Assembly (NCBI GenBank): GCA_947458875.1
Contig: CANGZD010000003.1
Span: 6,690-70,689, forward strand
Length of the DNA stretch: 64,000 bases
Source of the DNA: Sphingobacteriaceae bacterium
Lineage (GTDB): Bacteria > Bacteroidota > Bacteroidia > Sphingobacteriales > Sphingobacteriaceae
Reading direction: 5' to 3'
Made by a program: the position numbers and the translations under genes. Positions 1 to 8,804 of the stretch are shown here, in pieces (the stretch's first letter is position 1; the number at the start of each line of letters is the position of its first letter). The notes under the pieces were generated by a model. That model worked only from the letters and a program-made list of their open reading frames with translations. It searched no databases and had not been told where the DNA came from.

Positions 1-20
1 TAATTTAATCGTATCTATCT

Positions 21-443
21 ATGAAAACTATTAAAATAACTTATTTGGCTCTGGTGTTGATTTTATCCACCTTAGTTTCATGTAAAAAAGACGAACCTAC
101 GCCTGTTCCAACTATTCCGGTCGATGGTATTTGGATTGGTCATTATACTACAATCGGGGATCCTACAGAATACTATCTGAGTTTTGAGCTTAAAAATGAT
201 GGAGTTCCGGGAAATGGAATAGTAAATGTTTTTGATGCGCAAGGTAATGCCACAAAGGTTGGAACAGGAAATTACACATTAACAGACAATATCTTAGATA
301 TTGTTTTTACTTATTCAGGTAATCCTACACAGTTAATTTATACTGCTTTTTATGATTCCAAAGATGGGACTATTAATAATGCTACATGGGGTATTAAACC
401 AAGTAAAACCAATGGTGGTACCTGGATGATGACTAAACAATAA
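21..443 (+). CDS. hypothetical small lipoprotein
   Basis: 140-aa ORF with a signal peptide ending in a lipobox-like LVSC. No catalytic motif recognised. A hairpin terminator follows. Confidence 0.55.
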   Translation: MKTIKITYLALVLILSTLVSCKKDEPTPVPTIPVDGIWIGHYTTIGDPTEYYLSFELKNDGVPGNGIVNVFDAQGNATKVGTGNYTLTDNILDIVFTYSGNPTQLIYTAFYDSKDGTINNATWGIKPSKTNGGTWMMTKQ

Positions 444-463
444 TTAATATTTATAAAATTAAA

Positions 464-492
464 AACCGCTGCAGGATTGTAGCGGTTTTTTT
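464..492 (+). terminator. rho-independent terminator
   Basis: aaccgctgc / gtagcggtt hairpin with a 6-nt loop, followed by a T-run, about 20 nt after the stop at 443. Confidence 0.6.
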
Positions 493-527
493 ATTTCTAT
501 ATGATACATTACTCCATTTGCAATTGT

Positions 528-535
528 TATTTTTG
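528..535 (+). promoter_or_regulatory. Bacteroidota-type -7 promoter element (TAnnTTTG)
   Basis: TATTTTTG lies 14 nt upstream of the ATG at 550. Confidence 0.4.
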
Positions 536-549
536 CCAAAACTAACACC

Positions 550-1248
550 ATGATTGATAAAACCGTAAAAAATGCCGAAGCAGCAGTTGCAGATGTACAG
601 GATGGCATGACCATTATGTTCGGAGGTTTTGGCCTTTGTGGCATCCCTGAGAACTGCATCAATGCTTTGGTTAAAAAAGGGGTAAAAAACCTGACTTGTA
701 TCTCCAATAATGCAGGTGTGGATGATTTTGGTATCGGATTGATGTTGCACCAGCGGCAAGTAAAAAAAATGATCTCTTCTTACGTTGGCGAAAATGCAGA
801 GTTTGAACGTCAATTATTGAGCGGTGAGTTAGAAGTAGAATTGATTCCACAGGGAACTTTAGCCACCAGGTGTTTGGCTGCAGGATACGGAATGCCTGCT
901 ATTTTTACTCCAGCCGGCGTGGGTACCGAAGTAGCTGAAGGCAAAGAAATACGTAATTTCAATGGAAAGGATTACTTGATGGAAATGGCATTTGACGCCG
1001 ATTTTGCCATTGTTAAAGCTTGGAAAGGTGACACAGCAGGAAACTTAGTATTTCGTTCCACATCCAGAAACTTTAATCCCATCATGGCCATGGCTGGTAA
1101 AATTACCATTGCCGAGGTAGAAGAATTGGTGGAGCCAGGTGTCTTAAATCCGGACCATATACATACACCGGGAATTTATGTGCATCGCATTTTTCAAGGG
1201 GAGCGCTACGAGAAAAGAATAGAACAAAGAACAGTTAGAACCCAATAA
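550..1248 (+). CDS. scoA: 3-oxoacid CoA-transferase subunit A
   Basis: N-terminus [21 protein letters not shown] and overall similarity to the ScoA/AtoD family. Subunit B follows 4 nt downstream. Confidence 0.85.
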   Translation: MIDKTVKNAEAAVADVQDGMTIMFGGFGLCGIPENCINALVKKGVKNLTCISNNAGVDDFGIGLMLHQRQVKKMISSYVGENAEFERQLLSGELEVELIPQGTLATRCLAAGYGMPAIFTPAGVGTEVAEGKEIRNFNGKDYLMEMAFDADFAIVKAWKGDTAGNLVFRSTSRNFNPIMAMAGKITIAEVEELVEPGVLNPDHIHTPGIYVHRIFQGERYEKRIEQRTVRTQ

Positions 1249-1252
1249 AAAT

Positions 1253-1909
1253 ATGTTAGATAAAAACGGTATTGCTAAACGTATTGCGCAAGAAATACAA
1301 GATGGGTCATACGTCAATTTAGGAATCGGGATTCCTACGCTGGTTGCTAACTATATTCCAACAGGATTTAATGTGGTTTTACAATCTGAAAACGGATTGT
1401 TGGGAATGGGACCTTTTCCATTGGAAGGAGAAGAGGATCCGGATCTGATCAATGCGGGTAAGCAAACCATCACTACGCTTCCTGGTTCGGCAGTATTCGA
1501 TTCGGCCATGAGTTTTGGGATGATCAGGGCTCAGAAAGTAGACCTTACCATTTTAGGTGCCATGGAAGTATCTGAGAATGGAGACATTGCCAATTGGAAA
1601 ATTCCAGGTAAAATGGTGAAAGGAATGGGAGGAGCCATGGATCTGGTAGCTTCGGCTAAAAATATCATTGTGGCGATGCAACATGTAAATAAGGCCGGTG
1701 AAAGTAAATTATTGACTCAATGTAGTTTGCCTCTTACTGGCGTTCGTTGTGTAAAAAAGATCGTGACGGAGTTAGCTGTACTTTCTGTTCTGCCAGAGGG
1801 TGGTTTCAAATTAGAAGAAAGGGCTCCGGGTGTGAGCGTTGAAGAAATTAAACAAGCTACGGCCGGTAAACTGATCATCGAAGGAGAAATCCCGGAAATG
1901 AAGATCTAA
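1253..1909 (+). CDS. scoB: 3-oxoacid CoA-transferase subunit B
   Basis: ScoB/AtoA-like sequence (SENGLLGMGP, GAMDLV) immediately after subunit A. Confidence 0.85.
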   Translation: MLDKNGIAKRIAQEIQDGSYVNLGIGIPTLVANYIPTGFNVVLQSENGLLGMGPFPLEGEEDPDLINAGKQTITTLPGSAVFDSAMSFGMIRAQKVDLTILGAMEVSENGDIANWKIPGKMVKGMGGAMDLVASAKNIIVAMQHVNKAGESKLLTQCSLPLTGVRCVKKIVTELAVLSVLPEGGFKLEERAPGVSVEEIKQATAGKLIIEGEIPEMKI

Positions 1910-2553
1910 ACCAGACGTTTAGGTAAAACTTCAACCCTCAATTCTTCTGAAATTTCCTCAGTTACTTTCATGATGTCTTCAGCAACATGGGTATTGTTGC
2001 TAATGATCTTATGACAATCAGTTTTATAAGGTAATAAGTATTCGTTATAGGCAGGCATTACGTGATTGAACCATTTATACAAGATGTCTTCTTCAGAATA
2101 GCCTCGTTCTAATAAATCGCGTTTCAGTCTGCGTTTTAAGGCAATTTCTTCCTCTGTGTCGATAAAAATTTTGAGATCCAATTGAGCAGCTATTTTTTTG
2201 AAATGAAGGATGAACAAACCTTCAACAATAATTATTGGGGCTGATTTAATCTCCAATAATTTGGGTGTAGCATTCGGGTTGTTAAATGTATACTCTTTCT
2301 TAAATACTGTTTCACCATTTAATAATTTGTTGATGTCGCTTAAAAATAAATTATCATCTATGGTTGAAGGTAAATCGAAATTATATAAGCGGTTCTCTTC
2401 GGCACTCATTTCACCTACCGGGATGTAGTAATCGTCTTGTGAAACCAGACAAACTTTACCAGTAGTAAAGTGATTGAGGAAACAATTTAGAAAAAAGGTT
2501 TTGCCCGATCCACTGCCGCCGGCAATACCGATCACAAAGGGTTTATTGCTCAT
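1906..2553 (-). CDS. udk: uridine kinase
   Basis: P-loop IGIAGGSGSGKT and Udk-family length of 215 aa. Confidence 0.8.
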   Translation of the reverse strand: MSNKPFVIGIAGGSGSGKTFFLNCFLNHFTTGKVCLVSQDDYYIPVGEMSAEENRLYNFDLPSTIDDNLFLSDINKLLNGETVFKKEYTFNNPNATPKLLEIKSAPIIIVEGLFILHFKKIAAQLDLKIFIDTEEEIALKRRLKRDLLERGYSEEDILYKWFNHVMPAYNEYLLPYKTDCHKIISNNTHVAEDIMKVTEEISEELRVEVLPKRLV

Positions 2554-3430
2554 CTGCTATGCCGTAAACCAAATTAACCTGAAAGCGTTTATCCAGAGCG
2601 CCGATGAGATCGGCAGCGGTTTTGGTTATGATGATGATCAAACCTCTATTCGATTCGTTTTCGGTAAATTTTCCTACCACCTTGGCAAAGGTGCTTTTTT
2701 GAGTCATTGGGTTGGTTAGTTTGATGATGGTACCAATTGGAGCAGTAGGGTGAAGAGCCAGCATTTTCGTTTCATCTAAACTTTCATCTTGTATCCAGCT
2801 GGCTAAGCCCTTTTCTCTCACTTCTCTTAAACCATAACGGGTTGCGGGTAGTTTTCGCTCTTCTCCACCAAGAGTTACTTGAGTGCTATTTTCTTGAGTA
2901 GTGGTATCAACAGGGTTGTTGGCTACAGCTGGAACATTTACGCTCAGGGGTGCCGAGGTGTCAGCAGGTGATACTGAACTATTTTTCAACTTGAGGGTTT
3001 GTCCAATAGCCAGAGAACTTATTCTTAGGTTATTGATCCTTTTAATTTCTTCGATAGTAGTATTAAATTTTTTAGCGATACTATACAGCGTTTCCTTCGG
3101 TTTTACAGTATAACTGACAAATTCTTCCTCAGAAGTACTGTTTGGCTCTACAGCAGGACTTGTGGTAGGGGAACCAACAAATGGTCTTTGCGTAGGAATT
3201 TTAATTAAATCGCCAATTTTTAAGGCTTTATTTCGGTTATAATCAATAATAGCTGCAGGGTTAACATTGTATTTTCTTCCTAAAGAGAAATAGCTTTCTT
3301 TCGGATCGAGTTTATGCAAGATAATCTGCTTACCCTCCAAACTTTCTACACCCACCGAATCAAGTTTCGAAGCCATGGCCGTACCAGAAATCAGCAGGCA
3401 AATCATCAACATTATCTTTTTTGCAGGCAT
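2543..3430 (-). CDS. LysM-repeat peptidoglycan-binding secreted protein
   Basis: Signal peptide, two LysM-like repeats (..YTVKPKETLYSIAKKF..IKRINNL..) and a C-terminal barrel-like domain. Overlaps the udk start by 11 nt. Confidence 0.65.
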   Translation of the reverse strand: MPAKKIMLMICLLISGTAMASKLDSVGVESLEGKQIILHKLDPKESYFSLGRKYNVNPAAIIDYNRNKALKIGDLIKIPTQRPFVGSPTTSPAVEPNSTSEEEFVSYTVKPKETLYSIAKKFNTTIEEIKRINNLRISSLAIGQTLKLKNSSVSPADTSAPLSVNVPAVANNPVDTTTQENSTQVTLGGEERKLPATRYGLREVREKGLASWIQDESLDETKMLALHPTAPIGTIIKLTNPMTQKSTFAKVVGKFTENESNRGLIIIITKTAADLIGALDKRFQVNLVYGIADEQ

Positions 3431-3492
3431 AGGTTATCATTTATTGGACTGTAAAAGTAGTAAATTTTGCCGCTTTTGGGTGTTAAGATTTG

Positions 3493-4977
3493 TTAAAACC
3501 TCATTCCGAAAGTCATAAGAATGTTATTCCTTTTTGTATTTACACTTGCTACAGGCTCTGCTCCATTGTTTAAGACATAAGGTTTCAGATCTGAATGTCC
3601 ATTGATTTGCTGATAGCTTAAATCCATGTAATAATTCTTTACTCGGTAACCAAGCCCGGCACTGACAATTTTTGTATTGAATTGACTATCTGATAAGTTT
3701 TTATAAGGATTTCCCTGGATACCATAACCAGCCCGAAGCATCAGTTGTTCGAGTTTAATTTCACCTCCGATACGATAATTATAGGCTTTTTTGAAATTAT
3801 TAGCCACTTCCTGGTTGTTATCGGCAATGATATTTATGTCGTCACTGGTCATCCCCCTGAAATTGATCGATGAATAATCAACCATATCAATATCAGCGGA
3901 AATAAAGCCAAAGTTTCCTAAGAATATACCGGTACCGATGCTCATTTTTAAGGGGGTACGTAATCGGTAAATAAAGGTGTAATTTTCAGGAAAATTCGTG
4001 TTTTCCAAGCCATTTACGGTATGAGACGTATTTAATACCTCCGTATAACTATCGTTAATTTCGTACCAGGTAGGTGTTTCAATACTGGCTCCGATTCTTA
4101 AAGCAGATACAGGTTTGTAGATGAAGCCTAATTTAGCATTAAATCCTTTTCCGCTTGTTTCCTGGTTCTGTAGGAGTGATAATTGATAGTTACTGGATTC
4201 GGAAACATTGTAACCTGTTTCATTAAATACTGCATCTGAAAAATAACGTATGCTGGAGAAGCCCAAATTGAGGCCCAGATAAAATTTATTACTGTAATTG
4301 GCAGCAAAAGCCATATTTACCTGACTTTGTCCTCCCCGGCGGTTGTCGCTCTTTGTTTGTATGCTATTCACATCTGTTGCAGGAAAATAATAATCGCCCT
4401 GATCGTCATAGCCAATTAAATAGTCATCATATGCCATACGCTCCAATGAGCCAGCCGACAAAGTACTTGGATTACCATAATTTTTGGTCGCTAATTCGGC
4501 AAAATAATCAGCAATTGAATTATCAGGGTTGGTTCCAGAGTAGATCAAATTAGCACCAAAATCTGCATGTCTGTTAAAGCCAATTCCAAAATCAAAACTT
4601 ACCCATCCTTTTTCTAAATCGGAACCTTTAGCACGGAGGGCAGGTAAATGTATCACTGCAGCAGCTTGATTCAAATTTAGCGCATCTTTACTACCTATGG
4701 TATTTTTATTCAGGTAATCAGCCCGGCTGTTGTAGTTATTAAATTCGAAAGTAAGTCCAAAGTCAGAACGGGTAAACATACCCAAACCTGCCGGGTTCGC
4801 ACCTAAAGAACTCAAATCGCCACCAATGGCAGTTTGAGCATTGCCGATTGCACTGAACCGGGCATTGCTCCCGGGTTGTGTTTGTGAAAAACGTAAAGCA
4901 TCACCGGCGTATTGAGCCTCAGCAGCAAGCACACTGACTCCTGTGGCCAAAATGGTCAATAAGTATTTCAATTTCAT
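3493..4977 (-). CDS. outer-membrane beta-barrel protein, FadL/OmpP1-like
   Basis: Signal peptide, an N-terminal GANPAGLG motif typical of FadL-type hatch domains, alternating beta-strand pattern and a C-terminal aromatic residue (..FGMRF). Confidence 0.5.
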   Translation of the reverse strand: MKLKYLLTILATGVSVLAAEAQYAGDALRFSQTQPGSNARFSAIGNAQTAIGGDLSSLGANPAGLGMFTRSDFGLTFEFNNYNSRADYLNKNTIGSKDALNLNQAAAVIHLPALRAKGSDLEKGWVSFDFGIGFNRHADFGANLIYSGTNPDNSIADYFAELATKNYGNPSTLSAGSLERMAYDDYLIGYDDQGDYYFPATDVNSIQTKSDNRRGGQSQVNMAFAANYSNKFYLGLNLGFSSIRYFSDAVFNETGYNVSESSNYQLSLLQNQETSGKGFNAKLGFIYKPVSALRIGASIETPTWYEINDSYTEVLNTSHTVNGLENTNFPENYTFIYRLRTPLKMSIGTGIFLGNFGFISADIDMVDYSSINFRGMTSDDINIIADNNQEVANNFKKAYNYRIGGEIKLEQLMLRAGYGIQGNPYKNLSDSQFNTKIVSAGLGYRVKNYYMDLSYQQINGHSDLKPYVLNNGAEPVASVNTKRNNILMTFGMRF

Positions 4978-4988
4978 TTGGTTAGCAA

Positions 4989-5906
4989 TTAGCGACCTCC
5001 CGATCTGGAAGGTCTGGGTTTGTTATTACTGTCGCTACTTCTAGAAGATCCTGACGAACCGGAATTGGCAGGAGGAGAGTATCGCTCTGCTCTCGAACCT
5101 GAACTTTCAGAACGATCAGCTTTTGTTTCTCTTCTTTGATTGTTATTGTCCTGAGCACGACTCGGTCTGGAGCCGCTGCTTCGGCCACTGACAGGCCTGT
5201 TATTTGAGCCCGTAGGATATCTTTCAGCCCGGCTCCGACTGCCGTTGCCATCATTCCAACCAGGGTTTCCGGCACCAATATTATCTGAAATGCCCCTCGG
5301 GCGAGGGCGAAGGATTCTTGGATTGTTAGGAAATACTCCAAACCCATTATTCCAGCCCCAACCGTAAAGGGGAGGGTAAGCCACCGGGTTGTAGAATGAA
5401 TACATTCCCCAATAATTTCCCCACCTATTGTAATTAAAAGGGCTATAAAACCATGGTTGTCTGAAGGGATTGTTCCAAAATAAATTTGGACCTAGATTAA
5501 AATTGAATGACCACCATGAGGAATTTCTAAAATGAAAATTATAGGCGTAATAGTCATGATAAAAAGGATCGAGCCTGAAATCGAAGAAAGGATCGTAATA
5601 ATTTCTCCAGGGGCTCATATAATTGAAGCGATATATTCTGGAAGCAAAACTAAAATCATCAATCCCAAAATTATTATTTGAGAAGTTGCTGACTTCATCG
5701 CTAAATAGCTCATTGTCAGTTCTTAAATCTGTTTCAATTGGCCTTTGGGTGGACACCCTTGATGGAGCAAAATAAACCGTCTCTTCTTTCGCCCTTGCCT
5801 TTGAAACATAAACATTATCTACATCCTGTACCTGGCTTAGTTTATTGGTAGAACAGCCTAGGAGGGGGAGCAGGAAAAGGAAAAAATAGTTTTTTACACT
5901 TTTCAT
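4989..5906 (-). CDS. hypothetical lipoprotein, hyper-aromatic core with Ser/Arg/Gly-rich disordered tail
   Basis: The ATG at 5906 gives MKSVKNYFFLFLLPLLGCS (lipobox). The longer track ORF begins at a TTG at 5942. No known domain recognised. The stop lies 11 nt upstream of the barrel gene start. Confidence 0.55.
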   Translation of the reverse strand: MKSVKNYFFLFLLPLLGCSTNKLSQVQDVDNVYVSKARAKEETVYFAPSRVSTQRPIETDLRTDNELFSDEVSNFSNNNFGIDDFSFASRIYRFNYMSPWRNYYDPFFDFRLDPFYHDYYAYNFHFRNSSWWSFNFNLGPNLFWNNPFRQPWFYSPFNYNRWGNYWGMYSFYNPVAYPPLYGWGWNNGFGVFPNNPRILRPRPRGISDNIGAGNPGWNDGNGSRSRAERYPTGSNNRPVSGRSSGSRPSRAQDNNNQRRETKADRSESSGSRAERYSPPANSGSSGSSRSSDSNNKPRPSRSGGR

Positions 5907-5957
5907 ATCTATAAGACGCTCATGTATATCGAAAGGTTGCAAATGGCTTTAAATTTA

Positions 5958-5965
5958 TAAATTTG
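5958..5965 (+). promoter_or_regulatory. possible -7 promoter element for proS
   Basis: TAAATTTG matches TAnnTTTG but lies 60 nt upstream of the ATG at 6026. Confidence 0.3.
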
Positions 5966-6025
5966 CAAGAGATCCAGCAGATCTTAAATTTACAAATTAT
6001 CTTCCACATATATTAGACACAATCG

Positions 6026-7498
6026 ATGAGTAAAGGTTTAACGAGCAGAAATACAGATTATTCTCAATGGTACAATGAATTAGTGAGCAAAGCTGATTTA
6101 GCTGAACATTCATCGGTGCGGGGTTGCATGGTGATCAAGCCCTATGGATATTCCATTTGGGAAAAAATGCAATCGGTACTCGATCAAATGTTCAAGGATA
6201 CCGGGCATAGTAACGCTTATTTCCCTCTATTCATCCCAAAATCTTTTTTCTCTAAGGAGGCCTCGCATGTGGATGGTTTTGCCACAGAATGTGCAGTAGT
6301 TACTCATTATCGGTTAAAAAATGATGGTAATGGTAACATTGTGGTAGATGAAAATGCCAAGTTGGAAGAAGAATTGATCGTTCGTCCAACTTCTGAAACC
6401 ATTATTTGGAATACTTACAAAGGGTGGATTCAATCCTACAGAGATCTACCAATTTTAGTGAATCAATGGGCCAATGTGGTTCGCTGGGAAATGAGAACCC
6501 GTTTATTTTTAAGAACTGCTGAATTTTTATGGCAGGAGGGGCACACCGCTCATGCAACTGCGGAAGAAGCCATCGAAGAAACAGAGCGAATGCTTGATGT
6601 TTATGCTCAATTTGCCGAAAATTGGATGGCCTTGCCGGTAGTGCGTGGCAAAAAAACACCCAATGAACGTTTTGCAGGTGCCTTAGATACGTATTGTATT
6701 GAAGCTTTAATGCAAGATGGCAAAGCGCTTCAGGCCGGAACTTCCCACTTTTTGGGTCAGAATTTTGCCAAAGCCTTCGATGTTAAATTCACCAATAAAG
6801 AGGGTAAAATCGATTACGTATGGGCAACTTCCTGGGGGGTGTCTACTCGTTTAATTGGGGCTTTGATCATGGCACATTCTGATGATCAAGGATTGGTATT
6901 GCCCCCAAAATTGGCACCTATTCAAGTGGTGATTGTACCCATTTATAAAAACGAAGAAGAGTTTAACGCAATATCTCAAATAGCCGATCAACTTATTGCC
7001 GATTTGAAGAAGCTGGGCATTTCCGTTAAATATGATGACAGGGATACTCAACGACCGGGATTCAAATTTGCAGAATATGAAATGAAGGGGGTGCCTGTTC
7101 GTGTGGCCATTGGTGGTCGCGACCTGGAGAACGGAACTGTAGAAATTGCTCGCCGTGATACCGGTGAGAAACAAACAGTTGAACAATTTGGCTTGGATAC
7201 TTATATCAATGATTTACTGGCTGATATTCAGCAAAATATTTACCAGAAAGCCTTAAAGTTCCGTCAAGAAAATACCCGCAAAGCGGATACTTATGAGGAG
7301 TTTAAAAAATTGTTAGATGAAGCCCCTGGATTTATCTCGGCACACTGGGATGGAACGCCCGAAACCGAACAAAAAATCAAAGAAGAAACTAAGGCAACTA
7401 TTCGATGTATTCCGCTCAATAATCAAGCGGAAGAAGGTAAATGCATTTTAACAGGTAAACCATCGGTGCAAAGAGTACTTTTTGCAAGAGCGTACTAA
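6026..7498 (+). CDS. proS: proline--tRNA ligase (archaeal/eukaryote-like type, no INS editing domain)
   Basis: 490 aa with class II motifs and a C-terminal extension ending in Y, the architecture usual in Bacteroidota. Confidence 0.9.
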   Translation: MSKGLTSRNTDYSQWYNELVSKADLAEHSSVRGCMVIKPYGYSIWEKMQSVLDQMFKDTGHSNAYFPLFIPKSFFSKEASHVDGFATECAVVTHYRLKNDGNGNIVVDENAKLEEELIVRPTSETIIWNTYKGWIQSYRDLPILVNQWANVVRWEMRTRLFLRTAEFLWQEGHTAHATAEEAIEETERMLDVYAQFAENWMALPVVRGKKTPNERFAGALDTYCIEALMQDGKALQAGTSHFLGQNFAKAFDVKFTNKEGKIDYVWATSWGVSTRLIGALIMAHSDDQGLVLPPKLAPIQVVIVPIYKNEEEFNAISQIADQLIADLKKLGISVKYDDRDTQRPGFKFAEYEMKGVPVRVAIGGRDLENGTVEIARRDTGEKQTVEQFGLDTYINDLLADIQQNIYQKALKFRQENTRKADTYEEFKKLLDEAPGFISAHWDGTPETEQKIKEETKATIRCIPLNNQAEEGKCILTGKPSVQRVLFARAY

Positions 7499-7542
7499 AC
7501 TTTTAATCGGATGGCTGCTTAAAGAATAAAATAGATCTAGAC

Positions 7543-8316
7543 ATGAAATTCATTACTTACGAAGTAGATCAAAGAGTGGCAACGATCACTCTCAGCCGTC
7601 CGGAAAAAAGAAATGCACTCCACCCGGAACTGATTAAAGAATTATACGATGCTTTTGAACTGGCTAAAAATGATTCATCTGTTAAAGTCATCCTTCTAAA
7701 AGCCTTTGGCGAAGTGTTCAGTGCTGGTGCCGATTTAGCGTATCTCCAGCAACTTCAATCGAACACCTTTGAAGAAAACCTCACTGATTCAAACAACTTA
7801 AAGAACTTATTTTATCAGATCTATTCACATCCCAAGGTAGTTATCGCACAGGTGGAAGGCTCGGCAATTGCTGGTGGTTGTGGTCTAGTATCTGTTTGCG
7901 ATCTTGTTTTCGCTGTTCCGGAGGCTCAATTTGGTTATTCTGAAGTTAAAATTGGTTTTATACCCGCTTTGGTTTCTTGTTTCCTGGTTAGAAAGTTGGG
8001 TGAGGCCCGTACCAATGAATTATTATTAAGTGGTGCCCTCATCGGTGCAGAAAAAGCCCTCAGCTACGGCTTGATTAATTTTGTGGTACAAGCGGACAAA
8101 ATGAATGATGAAGTTCAAAACTATGCTCAAAAAATTGTCAATGAAACTTCCTCAAGTGCGGTTTCTATGACCAAATCACTCATTAAGAAGGTTCAGCAAT
8201 TGAGCCTGGAAGAAAGTTTGGATTGGGCAGTAAAAATGAATGCTGAAGCAAGAGGTACCCAAGATTGCAAAAAAGGAATTGCTGCCTTCCTGAACAAGGA
8301 AAAAATATCCTGGTAA
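7543..8316 (+). CDS. enoyl-CoA hydratase/isomerase family protein
   Basis: Crotonase fold signature ..VFSAGADL.. and ..AIAGGCGL.. Confidence 0.8.
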   Translation: MKFITYEVDQRVATITLSRPEKRNALHPELIKELYDAFELAKNDSSVKVILLKAFGEVFSAGADLAYLQQLQSNTFEENLTDSNNLKNLFYQIYSHPKVVIAQVEGSAIAGGCGLVSVCDLVFAVPEAQFGYSEVKIGFIPALVSCFLVRKLGEARTNELLLSGALIGAEKALSYGLINFVVQADKMNDEVQNYAQKIVNETSSSAVSMTKSLIKKVQQLSLEESLDWAVKMNAEARGTQDCKKGIAAFLNKEKISW

Positions 8317-8317
8317 T

Positions 8318-8659
8318 TTAAAGCTGTTCTTTCACCTCCAATAAAAACTGCTTCAACCTCTGAAGCGAATCAATGATCTTCTGATTTTCCTTTACTTCGT
8401 CTTTATTGCCTTTCAAATAGTCTTTTGCGCCTTGCAGGGTGAATCCCTTTTCTTTGATCAGGTGAAAAATGATCTTTAAGTTATCGATATCCTCAGGTGT
8501 AAATAAACGGTTGCCCTTTTTGTTCTTTTTGGGTTGCAAAACCTCAAATTCCTTCTCATAAAAACGAATTTGAGAGGCATTTACACCAAACATTTCACTC
8601 ACTTCACCCATGGTGTAATACAATTTCTGGATATCTCTTTCTTTATAAGGCATGTGCAA
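8318..8659 (-). CDS. MerR-family transcriptional regulator
   Basis: N-terminal HTH YTMGEVSEMFGVNASQIRFYE plus a coiled-coil C-terminus. Divergent from alaS. Confidence 0.7.
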   Translation of the reverse strand: MHMPYKERDIQKLYYTMGEVSEMFGVNASQIRFYEKEFEVLQPKKNKKGNRLFTPEDIDNLKIIFHLIKEKGFTLQGAKDYLKGNKDEVKENQKIIDSLQRLKQFLLEVKEQL

Positions 8660-8775
8660 ATTTAGAATAAATTGAGTGATTAAGTATTCATTATAAACAA
8701 TTTAGACCGATTTATTTAAAGTTAAATAAATTCAAATTCTATGTCCAGCCGGCATCTAAAATTGCTTTAAAAACT

Positions 8776-8783
8776 TAACTTTG
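8776..8783 (+). promoter_or_regulatory. -7 promoter element (TAnnTTTG) for alaS
   Basis: TAACTTTG lies 21 nt upstream of the ATG at 8805. Confidence 0.45.
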
Positions 8784-8804
8784 CATGTTTTTATTTAATT
8801 TTTA

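Noticed and set aside
451-813. Long antisense or alternate-frame ORFs of 60-154 aa inside well-supported genes. Examples: 451-813, 6851-7186, 11531-11962, 26922-27284, 34103-34498, 37974-38438, 48188-48529, 62803-63165.
   Set aside because: Each lies wholly inside a conserved gene with clear motifs on the other strand or frame. Their translations are low-complexity with no recognisable motif, signal or promoter. They are most simply chance open frames.
4982-5347. Same-strand alternate-frame ORF of 121 aa overlapping the RS-rich tail of the aromatic lipoprotein.
   Set aside because: The underlying DNA is compositionally repetitive (AGN/CGN/GGN-rich), which keeps several frames open. It has no independent start context or motif.
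5969-5985. Small palindrome (agatc-cagca-gatct) in the proS leader as an attenuator or T-box-like element.
   Set aside because: It has only a 5-6 bp stem, no specifier or antiterminator architecture, and the leader is far too short for a T-box.
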